Below, in pieces: positions 25,301 through 37,364 of a stretch of 64,000 nucleotides of DNA. The notes beneath the pieces are model-generated. The model ran no database searches, had not been told where the DNA came from, and saw nothing but the letters and a program-made list of their open reading frames with translations. Numbering within the stretch: the stretch's first letter is position 1; each line of letters opens with the position of its first letter. Position numbers and translations under genes: made by a program. The DNA is taken from contig NC_086101.1 in the NCBI RefSeq assembly GCF_963921235.1, forward strand, positions 11,348,001 through 11,412,000. Direction: 5' to 3'. The DNA comes from Mobula hypostoma. Taxonomy: Eukaryota.

Positions 25301-28300
25301 AGTCACATCCAGTCCTCTTACAGATGGGAAATCCCAGACAAGATTAGGAAATATAAAATCACTTACAATCAATTGTACTGGGCAATGAACCAGGGCAGGT
25401 GACAGATCACTCAGTGGTGAGCTTTTTGGAGACGGTGACCACAACTCCCTCACTTTTCCCATAGCCTTGGACAGGGATTTGAGCAGCCAGTGTAACTGGA
25501 GGATGGTGAGTTACGATGATATTAGGTGGGAACTTGGGATTGTCAACTGGGAATGGTGGTTCTGTGGGAAATGCACGATGTAGATATGGTGTTTGTTTAG
25601 GGAGCGCTTGCATGGGATCATGGACAGGTTTGTCCCATTGAGACAGTGAAATGGTGGGAGGGTGAAGAAACCATGGTTGACAAGACATATAGAACATCAG
25701 GTCAAGAGGAAGCAGGAAGTTTACTTCCAGTTCTGGGAAGCAAAGATCAGACGGGGCTCTAGAGAGTTAGAACGTAGCCAGGATGGAACTGAAAACTGGA
25801 CTGAGGAGAGTTAGAAGATACGAGAGGGCCTTGATGAGTAGGATTAAGGAAAATTCTAAGGCATTGTACACATACGTGAAGAACAGAAGGATAACTGGAG
25901 TGAGGTAGGACTGATCAGGGACAGAAGTGGAAACATGCCTGGAGTCAGAGGAGGTTGGAAACGTCTTTAATGAAGACTTTGCTTTAGTATTAACTACCGA
26001 GAGCGAGACAGTGATTTTTCTGAGAACAGCACAAAACAGGCTGATATGCTAGAACATTGACATTCAGAAAGAGGATGTGCTGGTTGTTTAGTAAAGTATT
26101 AGGATGGATAAGACCACAGTCTATACCACAGGTTACTATGGGAAGTGAGGGAAGAGATTTCTGTGTCATTGGCGGTGATCTTTGTGTCCTCATTTGTCAC
26201 AGTAGTGGTGCCATATGCCTGGAGGGTGGCATATTAAACTAATTTGACAGGGGGATGGGAACCGGAGAGATCGTGCTGAGGATGAGGGAGTTGGTTTACA
26301 AACAGAGGCAGTGTGCAATGAGACTCCTGGCAAGGAGAGGCTGATGATAGGGGAAAATGGCAGTTAACAGGGTGAGTTGTAATGTAAAAAGTGGGCACAA
26401 TCAAAAAGGTTGAATACAGGATTCAAGGTGTTATATTTGAACGTGCGCAGTATACAGAATAAGGTAGATGAACTTGTAGCACAGTTACAGATTGGCAAGT
26501 ATCATGCTGTAGGCTTCACTGATCGAGGCTGAAATAAGGTTATATCTGTGACCTTAATGTCCAAGGATGCACATTGAATCAAAAGGACAGGCAGGAAGGC
26601 AGAGGGGGCTGCGTGGCTCTGTTGGTAATAAAATATGAAATCAAATCAATAGAAGGAGGGGACATCAGATCGGAAGGTGTTGAATAATTATAGACAGAGC
26701 TTTGGAACGGCAAGGGTAAAAAGACCCTGATGGCAGTTGTATACAAACCCCAAACAGTAGTTTGTGGTCTGCAAGCTACAACAGGAGATAGAAGGTGCAT
26801 GCCGAAAGTGGCAATGATACAAGGGGGGATTTCAAGATGTGGGTAGATTGGGAAAATCAGGTTGGTGTGGGATTCCAAGAGAGGGAATTTCTACAAAGCC
26901 TCAGAGAAGGCTTTTTAGAGCAGCTTGTGGTTGAGTCCACCAGGGGATCTGCTGTTCTCGAATGGGTGAAATGAACTGGAATTGATGAGAAAGCTTAAGG
27001 TAGAAGAACCCTTAGGGGAAAGTGATCATAATCTGATCGAATTCACACTGAAAATTTGAGAAGGAGAAGCTAAAGTCAGATGTATCAGTATTACAGTGGA
27101 GTAAAGGAAATTACAGAGGCAGGAGAAAGGAGTTGGCCAGAACTCATTGGAAAAGAACACTGGCAGGGATGACGGCAGAGCAGGAATGGCTGGGATGTGA
27201 TACGAGGGATGTTTGTCTTTGGAATTCTCAGCACCAGAGGGCTGTGGGGTCTCAGTCATTCAGTTCATTTGAAGTCACAGAGTTATCGTCATATAGCACA
27301 GAAACAGGCCCTTCGATCCATCACCTCAGTGCTGACCTATTTACCCATCTACACTCACCCCATTGGCCAGCATTGGGTCAGTCTCCTTCTGTGCCTTGTC
27401 TATGAAGTGTCTGTCTGAGTGTCTCTTAAACACAGTGATTGTATCTAATTCCAACACCTCCTCTTGCAGCAAGTTCCAACATCAACCACTCACAGTTCAA
27501 ATAAATGTATCTTCAAACTCCTTCCTCTCACCTCAGACATGTGACCTCTTGGATTTGATCCCCCTCCTGTGGGAAGAAGATTTCAACCATCTGCTCAATC
27601 TACAGTCTCATAACCTTGTATATTTCTGTCAGATCACCCCTTGGCCCATTTACCTGCATTTGGCCCGTATCCTTCTAAACCTTCCCTGTCATCATTCTTT
27701 TCTCTGCCCCGGGCCTCAACTCCTCTTCTGTGCCAGTTTCACAGGGCCTTCAATTCTCCCGTGTTACAGAAGATGTTCGACCTCATTTTCTACCACATTA
27801 CAGAAGCAAATGTGCTGCAGGTCCTAAAATGCACAAAGGTAGATAAATCCCCAGGAGAGATTGGGGGGTTGCGGATGTTATTCCCTTATTCAAGAAAGAG
27901 AGTAGAGATAGCCCAGGAAATTATAGACCAGTGAGTCTTACTTCAGTGGTTGGTAAGTTGAAGGAAAAGATGCTGAGAGGCAGGATTTATGAACATTTGA
28001 AGAGGCATAATATGATTAGGAATAGCCAGCATGGCTTTGACAAAGACAGGTCATGCCTTATGAACCTGACTAAGCTTGAGGATGTGTCTAAACACATTGA
28101 TGAAGGTAGAGCAGTAGATCCTGTGGAAATGGATTTTAGCAAGGCATTTGATAAGGTACCCTATGCAAGGCTTACTGAGAAAGTAAGGAGGCTTGGGATC
28201 TAAGGTGGTTCATTTTGATAGGTCAAGTATGATGGCAGAATATAACATTAATGGTAAGACTCTTGGCAGTGTGGAGGATCAGAGGGATCTTGGGGTCCAA

Positions 28301-31300
28301 CTCCATATGACACTAAAAGTTCCTATGCAGGTTGACTCTGTGGTCAAGCAGGCAGACAGTGCATTGGTCTTCATCAACCGTGGGACTGAGTTTATGAGCC
28401 GAGAGGTAATATTGCAGCTATATAGGACCCTGGTCAGACCCCAGTTGGAGTACTGTGCTCAATTCTGGTCGCCTCACTACAGGGAGGATGTGGAAACCAT
28501 AGGAGCGGTGCAGAGGAGATTTACAAGGATGTTGCCTGGACTCCTTATGAGAATAGGTTGAGTGAACTCGGAGGATGAGAGGTGACCTGATAGAGGTGTA
28601 CAAGATAATTAAAGGTATTGATCAGCTGCTTTTTCCCAGGGCTGAAATGGGGCAATGTTTTAAGGTGCTTGGAAATAGGTACAGAGGCAATCTCAGGGGT
28701 AAGTTCTTTGTGCAGAGAGTGGTGAGTGCGTGGAATGGGCTGCCAGCGGCGGTGGTGGAGGCGGAAATGACAGGGTCTTTTAAGAGACCCCTGGATAGGT
28801 ACATGGAGCTTAGAAAAATAGAGGGCTATGGGTAAGCCAAGGTAATGTCTTCTTTTTTTAATTAATTTTTTATGCATTTCTACAATATAGCTACAGAAAA
28901 AAAACATCAACAAAATGGAGATTTATACAGTGCAAAACATGTCCAATGTATAATTCATAACAACAAAGAAAAAGCACCCAAAATAAAATCTTGTAAGATT
29001 AGTATCCTCCCCAACGTCCCACTAGAAAAAAAACCCAGGCCAACCATTTCAGTGTATAAAAGAAAAAAATTATCGGAGCACTTGACCCCACAGAGCTGTA
29101 AATATATATTAAAAAAGGAAAATATAATGCTGACTACCAAAACTATAATGTAAAACAAAAAACTGTAAAACATACAGGAAAAAAAAAGGAGAAAGTAAGG
29201 GAGTGCAGTACAAGAAAAAGGGATAAACCTAATCTAAAGAGGAGTTATGAAAGTATTCAAGAAAATATCCCCACACCTTATGAAACTTTATGTCCGAATT
29301 AAGAAGTGAATAATGAATCTTTTCAAGGTCTAAGCAGGACATAATATCACTCAGCCATTGAGCATGAGTGGGTGGGGCAGCATCTTTCCACCAAAGAGGA
29401 ATTAACCATCTCACCAAGAGAGAGGCTAAGGAAAATGTTCGACGTTTAGTCTGACCTGAGTGCATGTCTACTTCACCCAAAGTGCCAAAAAGAGCAATCA
29501 GAGGGTTAGGTTCTAAGTGCCAATTAAGAATATGAGAGAGAGTTTAAAAAACTTCTCTCCTGAATTTCTCTAGACAAGGACAGGCCCAGAACATATGCAT
29601 AAGAGAAGCCTCACCCCCTTTACACTTATCACAAACGGGACTAGTGTCAGGGTAAAACTGCGATAATTTAGTTTTAGACATATAAGTCCTGTGTACAGCC
29701 TTAAACTGCAAAAGGCAGTAGCGAGCACATGAAGAGGTTGAGTTAACTGACTTCAGAATTGAATCCCAAACCGCATCAGATAAGGAGATATTTAAATCAT
29801 GCTCCCAGGCAGTTCTGATTTTATCGAAGGGGGCACGCCTCAAGATCACTAACTTATCCCGAATAACAGATATTAAACCTTTACCCAACGAATTGATACA
29901 AAGAAACAGGTCCAGAACGTTTTTCTCAGGTTTCTCAGGAAAGTTTGATATTAAAGGGTTAACGAAATGTCTAATTGGAAGATATCTAAAGAAATGAGTA
30001 TTACGTAGGTTGAACTTTACAGACAGTTGTTGGAAAGTTGCAAAACGATTACCTATGAAAAGATCTTCAAAGCGCCTAATACCCTTTCTATACCAATCAT
30101 AAAATGTTGAATCCCGCATAGAAAGTAGGAAAAGATGATTGTATAAAATAGGGCTGGAGAGAGAGAAACCATGAAGGTCGTTATATTTTCTGAACTGAGC
30201 CCATATTCTCAGAGTACAGTATGGCTAATAAGAGGATTTACAATTAGTCTGGGCAAATGACAGGGAAGTGCAGATCCGAGAAGTGCAGAAATGGAAAGAT
30301 CCTTACTAGAATTCAGCTCCATTGCCACCCATTTTGGGCAGTCAGACTGATTATGGAAGAAAGACCAAAAAATAATACAAGGAATATTGGCTGCCCAATA
30401 ATATAAACAAAAATTATGCAAGGCCATACCACCTTCCTTTTTAGATTTTTGAAGGTGAGCCTTATTGAGTCTAGAGTGTTTACCCTTCCATAAATAGGAC
30501 GAAATAATACAATCTAACACATCAAAAGGAGCTTTAGAAATAAAATTTGGTAAAGACCGAAATAAATACAAAAAATTAGGAAGGATATACATTTTAATAA
30601 CATTAATTCGACCTACAAGAGACATGGACAAGGGTGACCACTGTGTCAGATTCTGTTTTGTAGAGTTTAGAACATTGGTAAAATTTTCTCGAAAAAGATT
30701 CTTAAAGTTTCTTGTTACTGTAATACCAAGGTAAGTGAATTGGTTGTTAACTACTTTAAAAGGGAGGTCATGGAATATTAATGCTAGTACTTCTCTATAG
30801 ATTGGGAAGAGTTTGTTCTTGTGTAAGTTAAGTTTATAACCAGAAAGCTGACTAAATTTATTAAGGAGTGAAAACATTGGGGGTAAGGAGGTAGTCGGGT
30901 TTGATATAAAAAGTTAAAGATCATCAGCATAAAGAGAAACTTTATGCTCAACACCTCCACTCCAAATCCCCATCAATTCAGCACAGCTACGAAACACAAT
31001 CGCCAGTGGTTCTATAGCCAAATCAAAAAGTCAGGGACTTAGAGGGCATCTTTGATGGGTGCCACGTTTAAGGCTGAAAGACTGGGATTGCTGAGAGTTG
31101 GTCAAAACAGAAGCGGTAGGACATGAATATAACAATTTAATCCATGTAATAAAACTTTGTCCAAAATCAAATTTTTCTAAAACCGCAAAAAGGTAATTCC
31201 ATTCCACATGATCGAAACCTTTCTCCACATCAAGAGAAATAACACATTCAGGAGTCCAAATTGAGCGTGAATATAAGATATTAAATAAGAGCTGTATATT

Positions 31301-34300
31301 AAAAAAGGGAAGGTGATTTTTAATAAAACCAGTTTGATCTTCAGAAATAATAGAAGGTACAATGTTCTCTAATCTACGAGCCAAAACTTTAGCCAAAATT
31401 TTAACATCGACATTTAACAAAGAAATCGGCCTATACGAAAAACAGTCTGTTGGATCTTTACCTTTTTTGGCTAAAAGAATGATACATGCCTCGTTAAATG
31501 ATGCTGGCAATTTGCCGTGTTTAAACGAATCAGATAGGACTAAAAATAATTGAGACAAAAGCAGTGAAGAAAATGATCTATAAAATTCTACAGAAAAGCC
31601 ATCAGGTCCAGGAGATTTACCCGACTGCAATGCAAAGATGGCAAATGATATTTCCTCTAGTGATAATGGCTCATTAAGTTTTGCTTTAAAGTCAGAGGAG
31701 AGCGAAGGAATATTTAAACTGTTTAAAAAATGCTCAACAGAGATACTAAAGATTCAGAGGTATAAAATCGAGAATAATAGTTCTTAAATGTATCATTAAT
31801 ATCAGAAGGATTCGAAGTAATGTTCCCATTTCCCATTCAAAATTTATAATTTGTTGTTTAGCTTTAGAGCGTCTTAGTTGGTCAACTAAAAATTTACCGG
31901 ACATACCACGATGAATATAAAATCGACTCTTACTTATGTTACGTACCCCGTAACTGGGTTGCCAAACCAGCAGAAATGGATCACTCAGTTGGAGTCTGGA
32001 GTACTAGAACTAAGAAAGTTTTATTAAAGAAACAAGCAACACAGTAATCGAAAGGATAATAAATGCAACAATTCAACAATGATAACCACACATAGAAACA
32101 TAGAAACATAGAAAATAGGTGCAGGAGTAGGCCATTCGGCCCTTCGAGCCTGCACCGCCATTTATTATGATCATGGCTGATCATCCAACTCAGAACCCAG
32201 CCTTCCCTCCATACCCCCTGACCCCTGTAGCCACAAGGGCCATATCTAACTTCCTTTTAAACATAGCTAATGAACTGGCCTCAACAGTTTGCTGTGGCAG
32301 AGAATTCCACAGATTCACCACTCTCTGTGTGAAGAAGTTTTTCCTAACCTCGGTCCTAAAAGGCTTCCCCTCTATCCTCAAACTGTGACCCCTCGTTCTA
32401 GACCTCCCCAACATCGGGAACAATCTTCCTGCATCTAGCCTGTCCAATCCCTTTAGGATCTTATACGTTTCAATCAGATCCCCCCTCAATCTTCTAAATT
32501 CCAACGAGTACAAGCCCAGTTCATCCAGTCTTTCTTCATATGAAAGACCTGCCATCCCAGGAATCAATCTGGTGAACCTTCTTTGTACTCCCTCTATGGC
32601 AAAGATGTCTTTCCTCAGATTAGGGGACCAAAACTGCACACAATACTCCAGGTGTGGTCTCACCAAGGCCTTGTACAACTGCAGTAGTACCTCCCTGCTC
32701 CTGTACTCGAATCCTCTCGCTATAAATGCCAGCATACCGTTCGCCTTTTTCACCGCCTGCTGTACCTGCATGCCCACTTTCAATGACTGGTGTATAATGA
32801 CACCCAGGTCTCGTTGCACCTCCCCTTTTCCTAATCGGCCACCATTCAGATAATAATCTGTTTTCCTATTTTTGCCACCAAAGTGGATAACTTCACATTT
32901 ATCCACATTAAATTGCATCTGCCATGAGTTTGCCCACTCACCCAACCTATCCAAGTCACCCTGCATCCTCTTAGCATCCTCCTCACTGCTAACACTGCCA
33001 CCCAGCTTCGTGTCATCCGCAAACTTGGAGATGCTGCATTTAATTCCCTCATCCAAGTCATTAATATATATTGTAAACAACTGGGGTCCCAGCACTGAGC
33101 CTTGCGGTACCCCACTAGTCACCGCCTGCCATTCTGAAAAGGTCCCGTTTATTCCCACTCTTTGCTTCCTGTCTGCTAACCAATTCTCCACCCACACCAA
33201 TACCTTACCCCCAATACCGTGTGCTTTAAGTTTGCACACTAATCTCCTATGTGGGACCTTGTCAAAAGCCTTTTGAAAATCCAAATATACCACATCCACT
33301 GGTTCTCCCCTATCCACTCTACTAGTTACATCCTCAAAAAATTCTATGAGATTCGTCAGACATGATTTTCCTTTCACAAATCCATGCTGACTTTGTCCGA
33401 TCATTTCACCGCTTTCCAAATGTGCTGTTATCACATCCTTGATAACTGACTCCAGCAGTTTCCCCACCACCGACGTTAGGCTAACCGGCCTATAATTCCC
33501 CGGTTTCTCTCTCCCTCCTTTTTTAAAAAGTGGGGTTACATTAGCCACCCTCCAATCCTCAGGAACTAGTCCAGAATCTAACGAGTTTTGAAAAATTATC
33601 ACTAATGCATCCACTATTTCTTGGGCCACTTCCTTAAGCACTCTGGGATGCAGACCATCTGGCCCTGGGGATTTATCTGCCTTCAATCCCTTCAATTTAC
33701 CTAACACCACTTCCCTACTAACATGTATTTCGCTCAGTTCCTCCATCTCACTGGACCCTCTGTCCCTTACTATTTCTGGAAGATTATTTATGTCCTCCTT
33801 AGTGAAGACAGAACCAAAGTAATTATTCAATTGGTCTGCCATGTCCTTGCTCCCCATAATCAATTCACCTGTTTCTGTTTGCAGGGGACCTACATTTGTC
33901 TTTATCAGTCTTTTCCTTTTTACATATCTATAAATGTGCACAGAATTAAGATAACAGCATCAATCAAGCTCTATCGTTGTCTAGGGGTAAATGACCAATT
34001 TCAAAATGACTCAAAGTTCAGTCCAGTTTGTAGTTCAGTTTGCAGTAATCGTTTCCATGGCGATGGACAAGGTGGGGGAAGAGAGACAGAATAGGAACAA
34101 CTGATCATTCAGCACAGCTTCACTCACAGACCAGCGGGATGGCTCACAAACAGCATTTGGGCGGGTCCTTGGTGATGTCACCTGAGGTCACCGACTGTGA
34201 CCCCTCCTCCAGATGCGGTCGATCCTCTGCAGTGAACCCGGCACCCAGGCAAGGGCGGACACACACCGGGTTCCCGCTGATCGTACCTTTCCACCCTGGT

Positions 34301-36931
34301 CGTTGTCTGGCACTTCTCACCCACTCGTGAGAAGCGTACCGCTTCCAGGGTCTCGTTACCTCGGGTGGCGTGTGTGTCTGTCTTAGCGAACCTGTCCCTT
34401 TTTATCCCCCTGCTGGGGTATCGCCTGTCCATCACTTCAAACAGTTCAGGGTTCAAAGGGGGGAGCCGCTCCAGACAGCTCTCCCTCCCACATCCCTTCA
34501 TTACACATCTCCAGACGCTGCTCCATTGTTCCTTATCTCTCCTTCCCCTGAGGGCAGGTGGCAGACCAACTGCTGATGCCACTGATGCTAGCCCAGGCCA
34601 GCAAACATCTTAATTTTTATGTGTATTCTCGTAACACTTTCAAGAAGTTGGCACTCAACTGGCTGAGTGGAAATGAGGTCAAACTTACTTTGAAGTTCTT
34701 CTCACTTCTTATACAGTTCGGGATTTTTGGTCTGGGCATATATTTGGTCTGTTGCTTTAATTTGACTAAAGCAGATTTACCTGTGAGTCTCGGAACAGAG
34801 GAGGATCGATCCAATACTGAATCAAACCAACAGTTAAAATCACCACCCAATATAAAGGAATATAAACTCACATCAGGCAATAAAGAGGAAAAAAACGATC
34901 AAAAAAGTCCACATCATTTGAGTTGGGAGCACAGAGGTTAGCCAGTTTCCCAGAGACAATAATAAAATGACCATTTGTATCCGATACTTTGGTGTGAAGC
35001 TCAAAGGGAACATTCTGATTAATAAGGATTGAAATCCCCCCTGGCTTTAGCCAGAAAAGCAGAATGGAAGTGCTATCCCACCCAGCTAGACATAAGGCGA
35101 TAGTTATCAAAACTACGAATATGTGTTTCTTGCAAAAAAGCAATGTCAGCTTTGAGCTGCTTAAGATGTGAAAACACCTTCCTTCTTTTTACAGGATGGT
35201 TCAATCCCTTAACATTCCAGCTTATAAAATTCAACGGGCTAACCACTGTCATTTAAAACAACATCAAGGGTAGTAGGCATAAATAGGAACAAACATTCAA
35301 ATAACAGCTCTGGGGCAAAAGTATAAGACAAGATAATCAGGACAAAATAAAAGTCCCGAGTAACAAAGAATAACTAAGGGTTGTATAAATAGTGTTGGCA
35401 CTAGGGAATCCTCCTCCCTCCCTCTAATCCCAAAGCAAGAAATCTACCAAAGAACAGCAGGAAGCTCTTCAGAAAAAAACTACCCCTAAACCTAACTTTC
35501 AGTTTCTGAATATCTTCATAACCTCCATTTAATTAACAGTTCATTAAAAAAAGAGAACTTATGCACTGCGAATTAAAATTGTACATAAAGAAAAAAAGAA
35601 CCAGTACCAAAGCGTATTAGTAATAATCCAGAGTACCATACCTGCAAAAAACAATCAAAAAGAATTCAGTAATTAAAAATTTAATTGAAAAAGAGAACAG
35701 GGAAATTCTAGGTAAACGGGGAAAGCCTAGGTAATTTCTGAGATGTACAGTTCTGGTTACCTTCCAAAAGGAAGGCTGTCATGAAACTGAGAAGGAATAA
35801 AACAGATTTACAGGGACATTACCAGGACTGGAGGGTTTGGTTTACAAGGAGAAGCTGGGACTTTCCCTGGAGCTGAGGAGGCTGCCAGAGGAAGTTTAAA
35901 GGAATAATGGATACATACATCCAAGTGGGACAAGCTCATTGAAGCAAGTTGGTCAGGATGAATGAATTCGGCCGAACAGCCTCCCTGACCTCCTCTTTAA
36001 ATGCCTCCAGTTTTCACTCACCCCGTCCTCAATCCAGTTGTTGCTCCACCCCCTCCTCACACCAGTTTCCACTGGCTACGTCCTCTTTCTTTCTATTCTT
36101 GTTGCTGGCTTTCGGCCTCAAACATCGGCTGTCTATCTCCCTCCACACATGCTGCTTGACCCGCTGAGATCCTCCAGAGTTTTAGTGTGTTGGCCGGAAA
36201 AACTCGGCTCTCCATCCGGGTGGAAAAACCTCGGGAAGACGCTGGTTGTCGTGGTTTGATAAATCCCGCGAAGGATTTCTGTCGGCCACCCGACTGTGCC
36301 TGAGCCTCTTTCCCCGGTCCGGTCCGGTCCCGGGGCCGCGCTGCCCGAGTCTGCCCCCGATCCCCGGGGACTCTCTAATTCTCTGCTTCTCCCCCCAGTC
36401 TCTGTCACCCTGGATGTGGAAACGGCGAGTCCGCGGCTCCAGGTGTCTGAGGATCGGAAGAGTGTGAGACTGACCGGGACCCGGAGGAATCTCCCGGACA
36501 CCGGGAAGAGGTTCACAGACCGGGCTTGTGTGCTGGGATCGGAGGGGTTCACATCGGGGAGACATTACTGGGAGGTGGAGGTGACGGGGAATCGGTATTG
36601 GAGTCTGGGAGTCGCCGCAGAGTCTGTGCAGAGGAAGAGATGGGTCAGACTGAGTCCAGGGACTGGCTTCTGGATCATCGAGCGGGATGATAACTGGATG
36701 TGGGTTCACACCTCTCTTGGATCCCGTCTCCCTGCCGGTCCCATCCCCGGGAGGGTGGGAGTTTATCTCAGTTACGAGTCCGGGACAGTTTCATTTTACA
36801 ACGCGGAGACCAAGTTCCATCTCCACACTTACTCTGGGAATAAATTCACGGGGAAACTTTATCCTTTCTTGGAGACTTGGCGTGAAAACCACTGGCTGAG
36901 AATCTGCCCCGGTTTAGCCCCGGGTCTGTAA
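1082..36931 (+). CDS. Butyrophilin-like gene, 5'-partial: join(1082..1360,19776..19895,21467..21499,22443..22469,36399..36931); IgC-TM-juxtamembrane-B30.2
   Basis: All exons have AG/GT borders and all introns are phase 1, giving one open frame: [111 protein letters not shown]. Domain order is that of butyrophilins. Linking the B30.2 exon across a 13.9-kb intron is inferred; further micro-exons may be missed. Confidence 0.85.
1810..3845 (-). mobile_element. Decayed CR1 LINE (endonuclease and RT fragments)
   Basis: [35 protein letters not shown] in minus-strand ORFs. Confidence 0.85.
3989..8190 (-). mobile_element. Near full-length CR1 LINE (ORF1 zinc finger + SGNH esterase; ORF2 AP endonuclease + RT), frameshifted
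   Basis: (CTATGTTT)n tail at ~3990; RT motifs [30 protein letters not shown] motifs GDFNFP, SDHN; ORF1 GDSIVR..CLPGARV..GTND..DRLHLN at 7080-7587. Contains a 96-bp insertion (5499-5594) flanked by aatctc. Confidence 0.93.
8714..8751 (-). ncRNA. Minimal type I hammerhead ribozyme motif (Penelope), stem III mutated
   Basis: Minus strand cagtc-CTGATGA-aGGGttccggCCC-GAAA-cttt-gactg. Confidence 0.6.
9453..9490 (+). ncRNA. Minimal type I hammerhead ribozyme motif (Penelope)
   Basis: cagtc-CTGATGA-aGGGttccggCCC-GAAA-catt-gactg; 5-bp stem I and full core; ACGT palindrome decayed to ACAT. Confidence 0.65.
10148..10968 (-). mobile_element. Tc1/mariner DNA transposon, decayed transposase plus inner part of one terminal repeat
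   Basis: [19 protein letters not shown] and [21 protein letters not shown] on the minus strand. Confidence 0.9.
10970..12660 (-). mobile_element. Cluster of Rex-Babar/L2-type 3' ends with an intervening + strand CR1 fragment (~11250-11680)
   Basis: Repeated aattaatcagtc..gatggc..aagctgtccc..agcctgttggtcc blocks at ~11140 and ~12460; minus-strand [11 protein letters not shown]. Confidence 0.7.
11929..12420 (+). mobile_element. 5'-truncated L1-clade 3' end
   Basis: Resembles WKDA.PP.HA.WL.D.M.CL.LEKI of the L1 at 29229-29480; AATAAA and A-rich end; TSD agtcaat at 11922-11928 and 12421-12427. Confidence 0.75.
13523..13877. mobile_element. Hairpin element of a second (probably Penelope) family, interrupted by a young CR1 3' end (~13699-13859)
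   Basis: Outer arms atcaagcagtagtaaatcaaggcaac.ggacttgctgtgttgtc / gacaacacagcaagtcc.gttgccttgat[CR1]ttactactgcttgat; inner arms gtgggtagtttt / aaaactacccac. Confidence 0.75.
13627..13668 (+). ncRNA. Minimal type I hammerhead ribozyme motif, family 2
   Basis: agaa-CTGAAGA-aGCCtCTCtgatGAGtGGC-GAAA-taTC-ttct; full core, palindromic AUAU stem III, AUC cleavage triplet. Confidence 0.7.
13880..16375 (+). mobile_element. Decayed CR1 LINE ORF2
   Basis: [34 protein letters not shown] fragments. Confidence 0.9.
16385..16745 (-). mobile_element. Other end (long terminal inverted repeat) of the Tc1 element
   Basis: Ends in ggggtgaatactttttagaggcactg (CAGTG terminus); 16560-16680 is a decayed inverted match to ~10150-10290. 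Confidence 0.7.
16746..18880 (-). mobile_element. Decayed CR1 LINE fragments (two subfamilies)
   Basis: [41 protein letters not shown]. Confidence 0.85.
18885..19410 (+). mobile_element. Rex-Babar/L2-type LINE 3' end
   Basis: [14 protein letters not shown]-type C-terminal coding remnant followed by an AT-rich 3' UTR. Confidence 0.65.
19776..19895 (+). CDS. Butyrophilin-like transmembrane exon
   Basis: Pyrimidine-rich acceptor ..tctacag|AT, donor AAAG|gtacgt, 120 nt, phase 1-1; DLFPAVPEW followed by hydrophobic [21 protein letters not shown] and a basic stop-transfer segment. Confidence 0.88.
20385..21080 (-). mobile_element. Penelope-like element 3' fragment (GIY-YIG C-terminus)
   Basis: [33 protein letters not shown], homologous to 53917-54234. 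Confidence 0.85.
21467..21499 (+). CDS. Butyrophilin-like juxtamembrane micro-exon 1 (33 nt)
   Basis: gtctgtcttttcag|AGCTGGAACTTCAGAAATTCTTCATAGAATCCG|gtaaga; phase 1-1; [11 protein letters not shown]. Confidence 0.75.
22443..22469 (+). CDS. Butyrophilin-like juxtamembrane micro-exon 2 (27 nt)
   Basis: tatatattttag|GAAAATGGAAACCCCTCGAGCAGTCAG|gtatgt; phase 1-1; GKWKPLEQS. Confidence 0.72.
22478..22681. repeat. C/T-rich low-complexity tract
   Basis: About 200 nt of nearly pure C/T with scattered A, directly after the micro-exon 2 donor. Confidence 0.9.
23430..28850 (+). mobile_element. Patchwork of decayed CR1 LINE fragments, mostly + strand with short inverted pieces
   Basis: [46 protein letters not shown]. 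Confidence 0.85.
31937..34636 (-). mobile_element. Solo LTR (~0.86 kb, Gypsy-like) inserted in the L1 and split by a CR1
   Basis: TGTTACG...CGTAACA termini; 4-bp TSD ctta/cttt; removal restores the L1 frame ([13 protein letters not shown]). Confidence 0.85.
32091..33933 (-). mobile_element. Young 5'-truncated CR1 LINE with uninterrupted RT ORF
   Basis: 583-aa ORF 32190-33941 without stops, with all RT motifs (FADD); perfect (CTATGTTT)n tail. Confidence 0.97.
36399..36931 (+). CDS. B30.2 (PRY-SPRY) terminal exon, most likely of the butyrophilin-like gene
   Basis: Acceptor ctctgcttctccccccag|TC, phase 1; [51 protein letters not shown] motifs; TAA at 36929-36931. Confidence 0.93.
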
Positions 36932-37364
36932 ACGGGTCGGGTCCAGGACCGGCGTCAGGAGTAAGTCAGTGTAAATATAAATGTGCGGAGAGTGATATAT
37001 AAACACGATGTGAGAATTATCGATCCATTCATTTTAAAATCCACCGGGACTGAGAGGGTAACTGGGACAAGTGGTGGTGGTGCTGACTGGAAGAGGTGAA
37101 TCTTCGGGGACGGGACAGGGACCGGCGGCAACACGCAAAGTGTCAAAGAATCGGTACAGAAAGGTGGAAGGAAGGGGGAGTAAAAGCTGACAGCTGATCC
37201 GGATGAGGGAGGGGTGGAGTGTGGAAATGTGTCAGAAGCTGGGAGGGGAGAGGTGGTGGAGACAAAGATGATGGAATCTGGTCGGAGAGGAAAGTGGAGA
37301 CTGGAATAAAGGGAGGGAGCTGGGGAGGGGAAGATGGAGAGGGAGGGAAAGAAAATGGCCACAT

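Larger units (their letters stand above)
28851..35722 (-). mobile_element. L1-clade LINE (ORF2 EN + RT + C-terminal Cys-rich region), interrupted
   Basis: T-rich tail at 28851; [24 protein letters not shown] at ~35250; [39 protein letters not shown]; 17-bp TSD aagcc(a/t)aggtaat(g/t)tct at 28834-28850 and 35723-35739. Confidence 0.93.

Noticed and set aside
36133..36709. Minus-strand ORFs over the B30.2 exon (also 48866-49304)
   Set aside because: GC-rich antisense frames of B30.2; their similarity to each other only reflects the paralogous exons.
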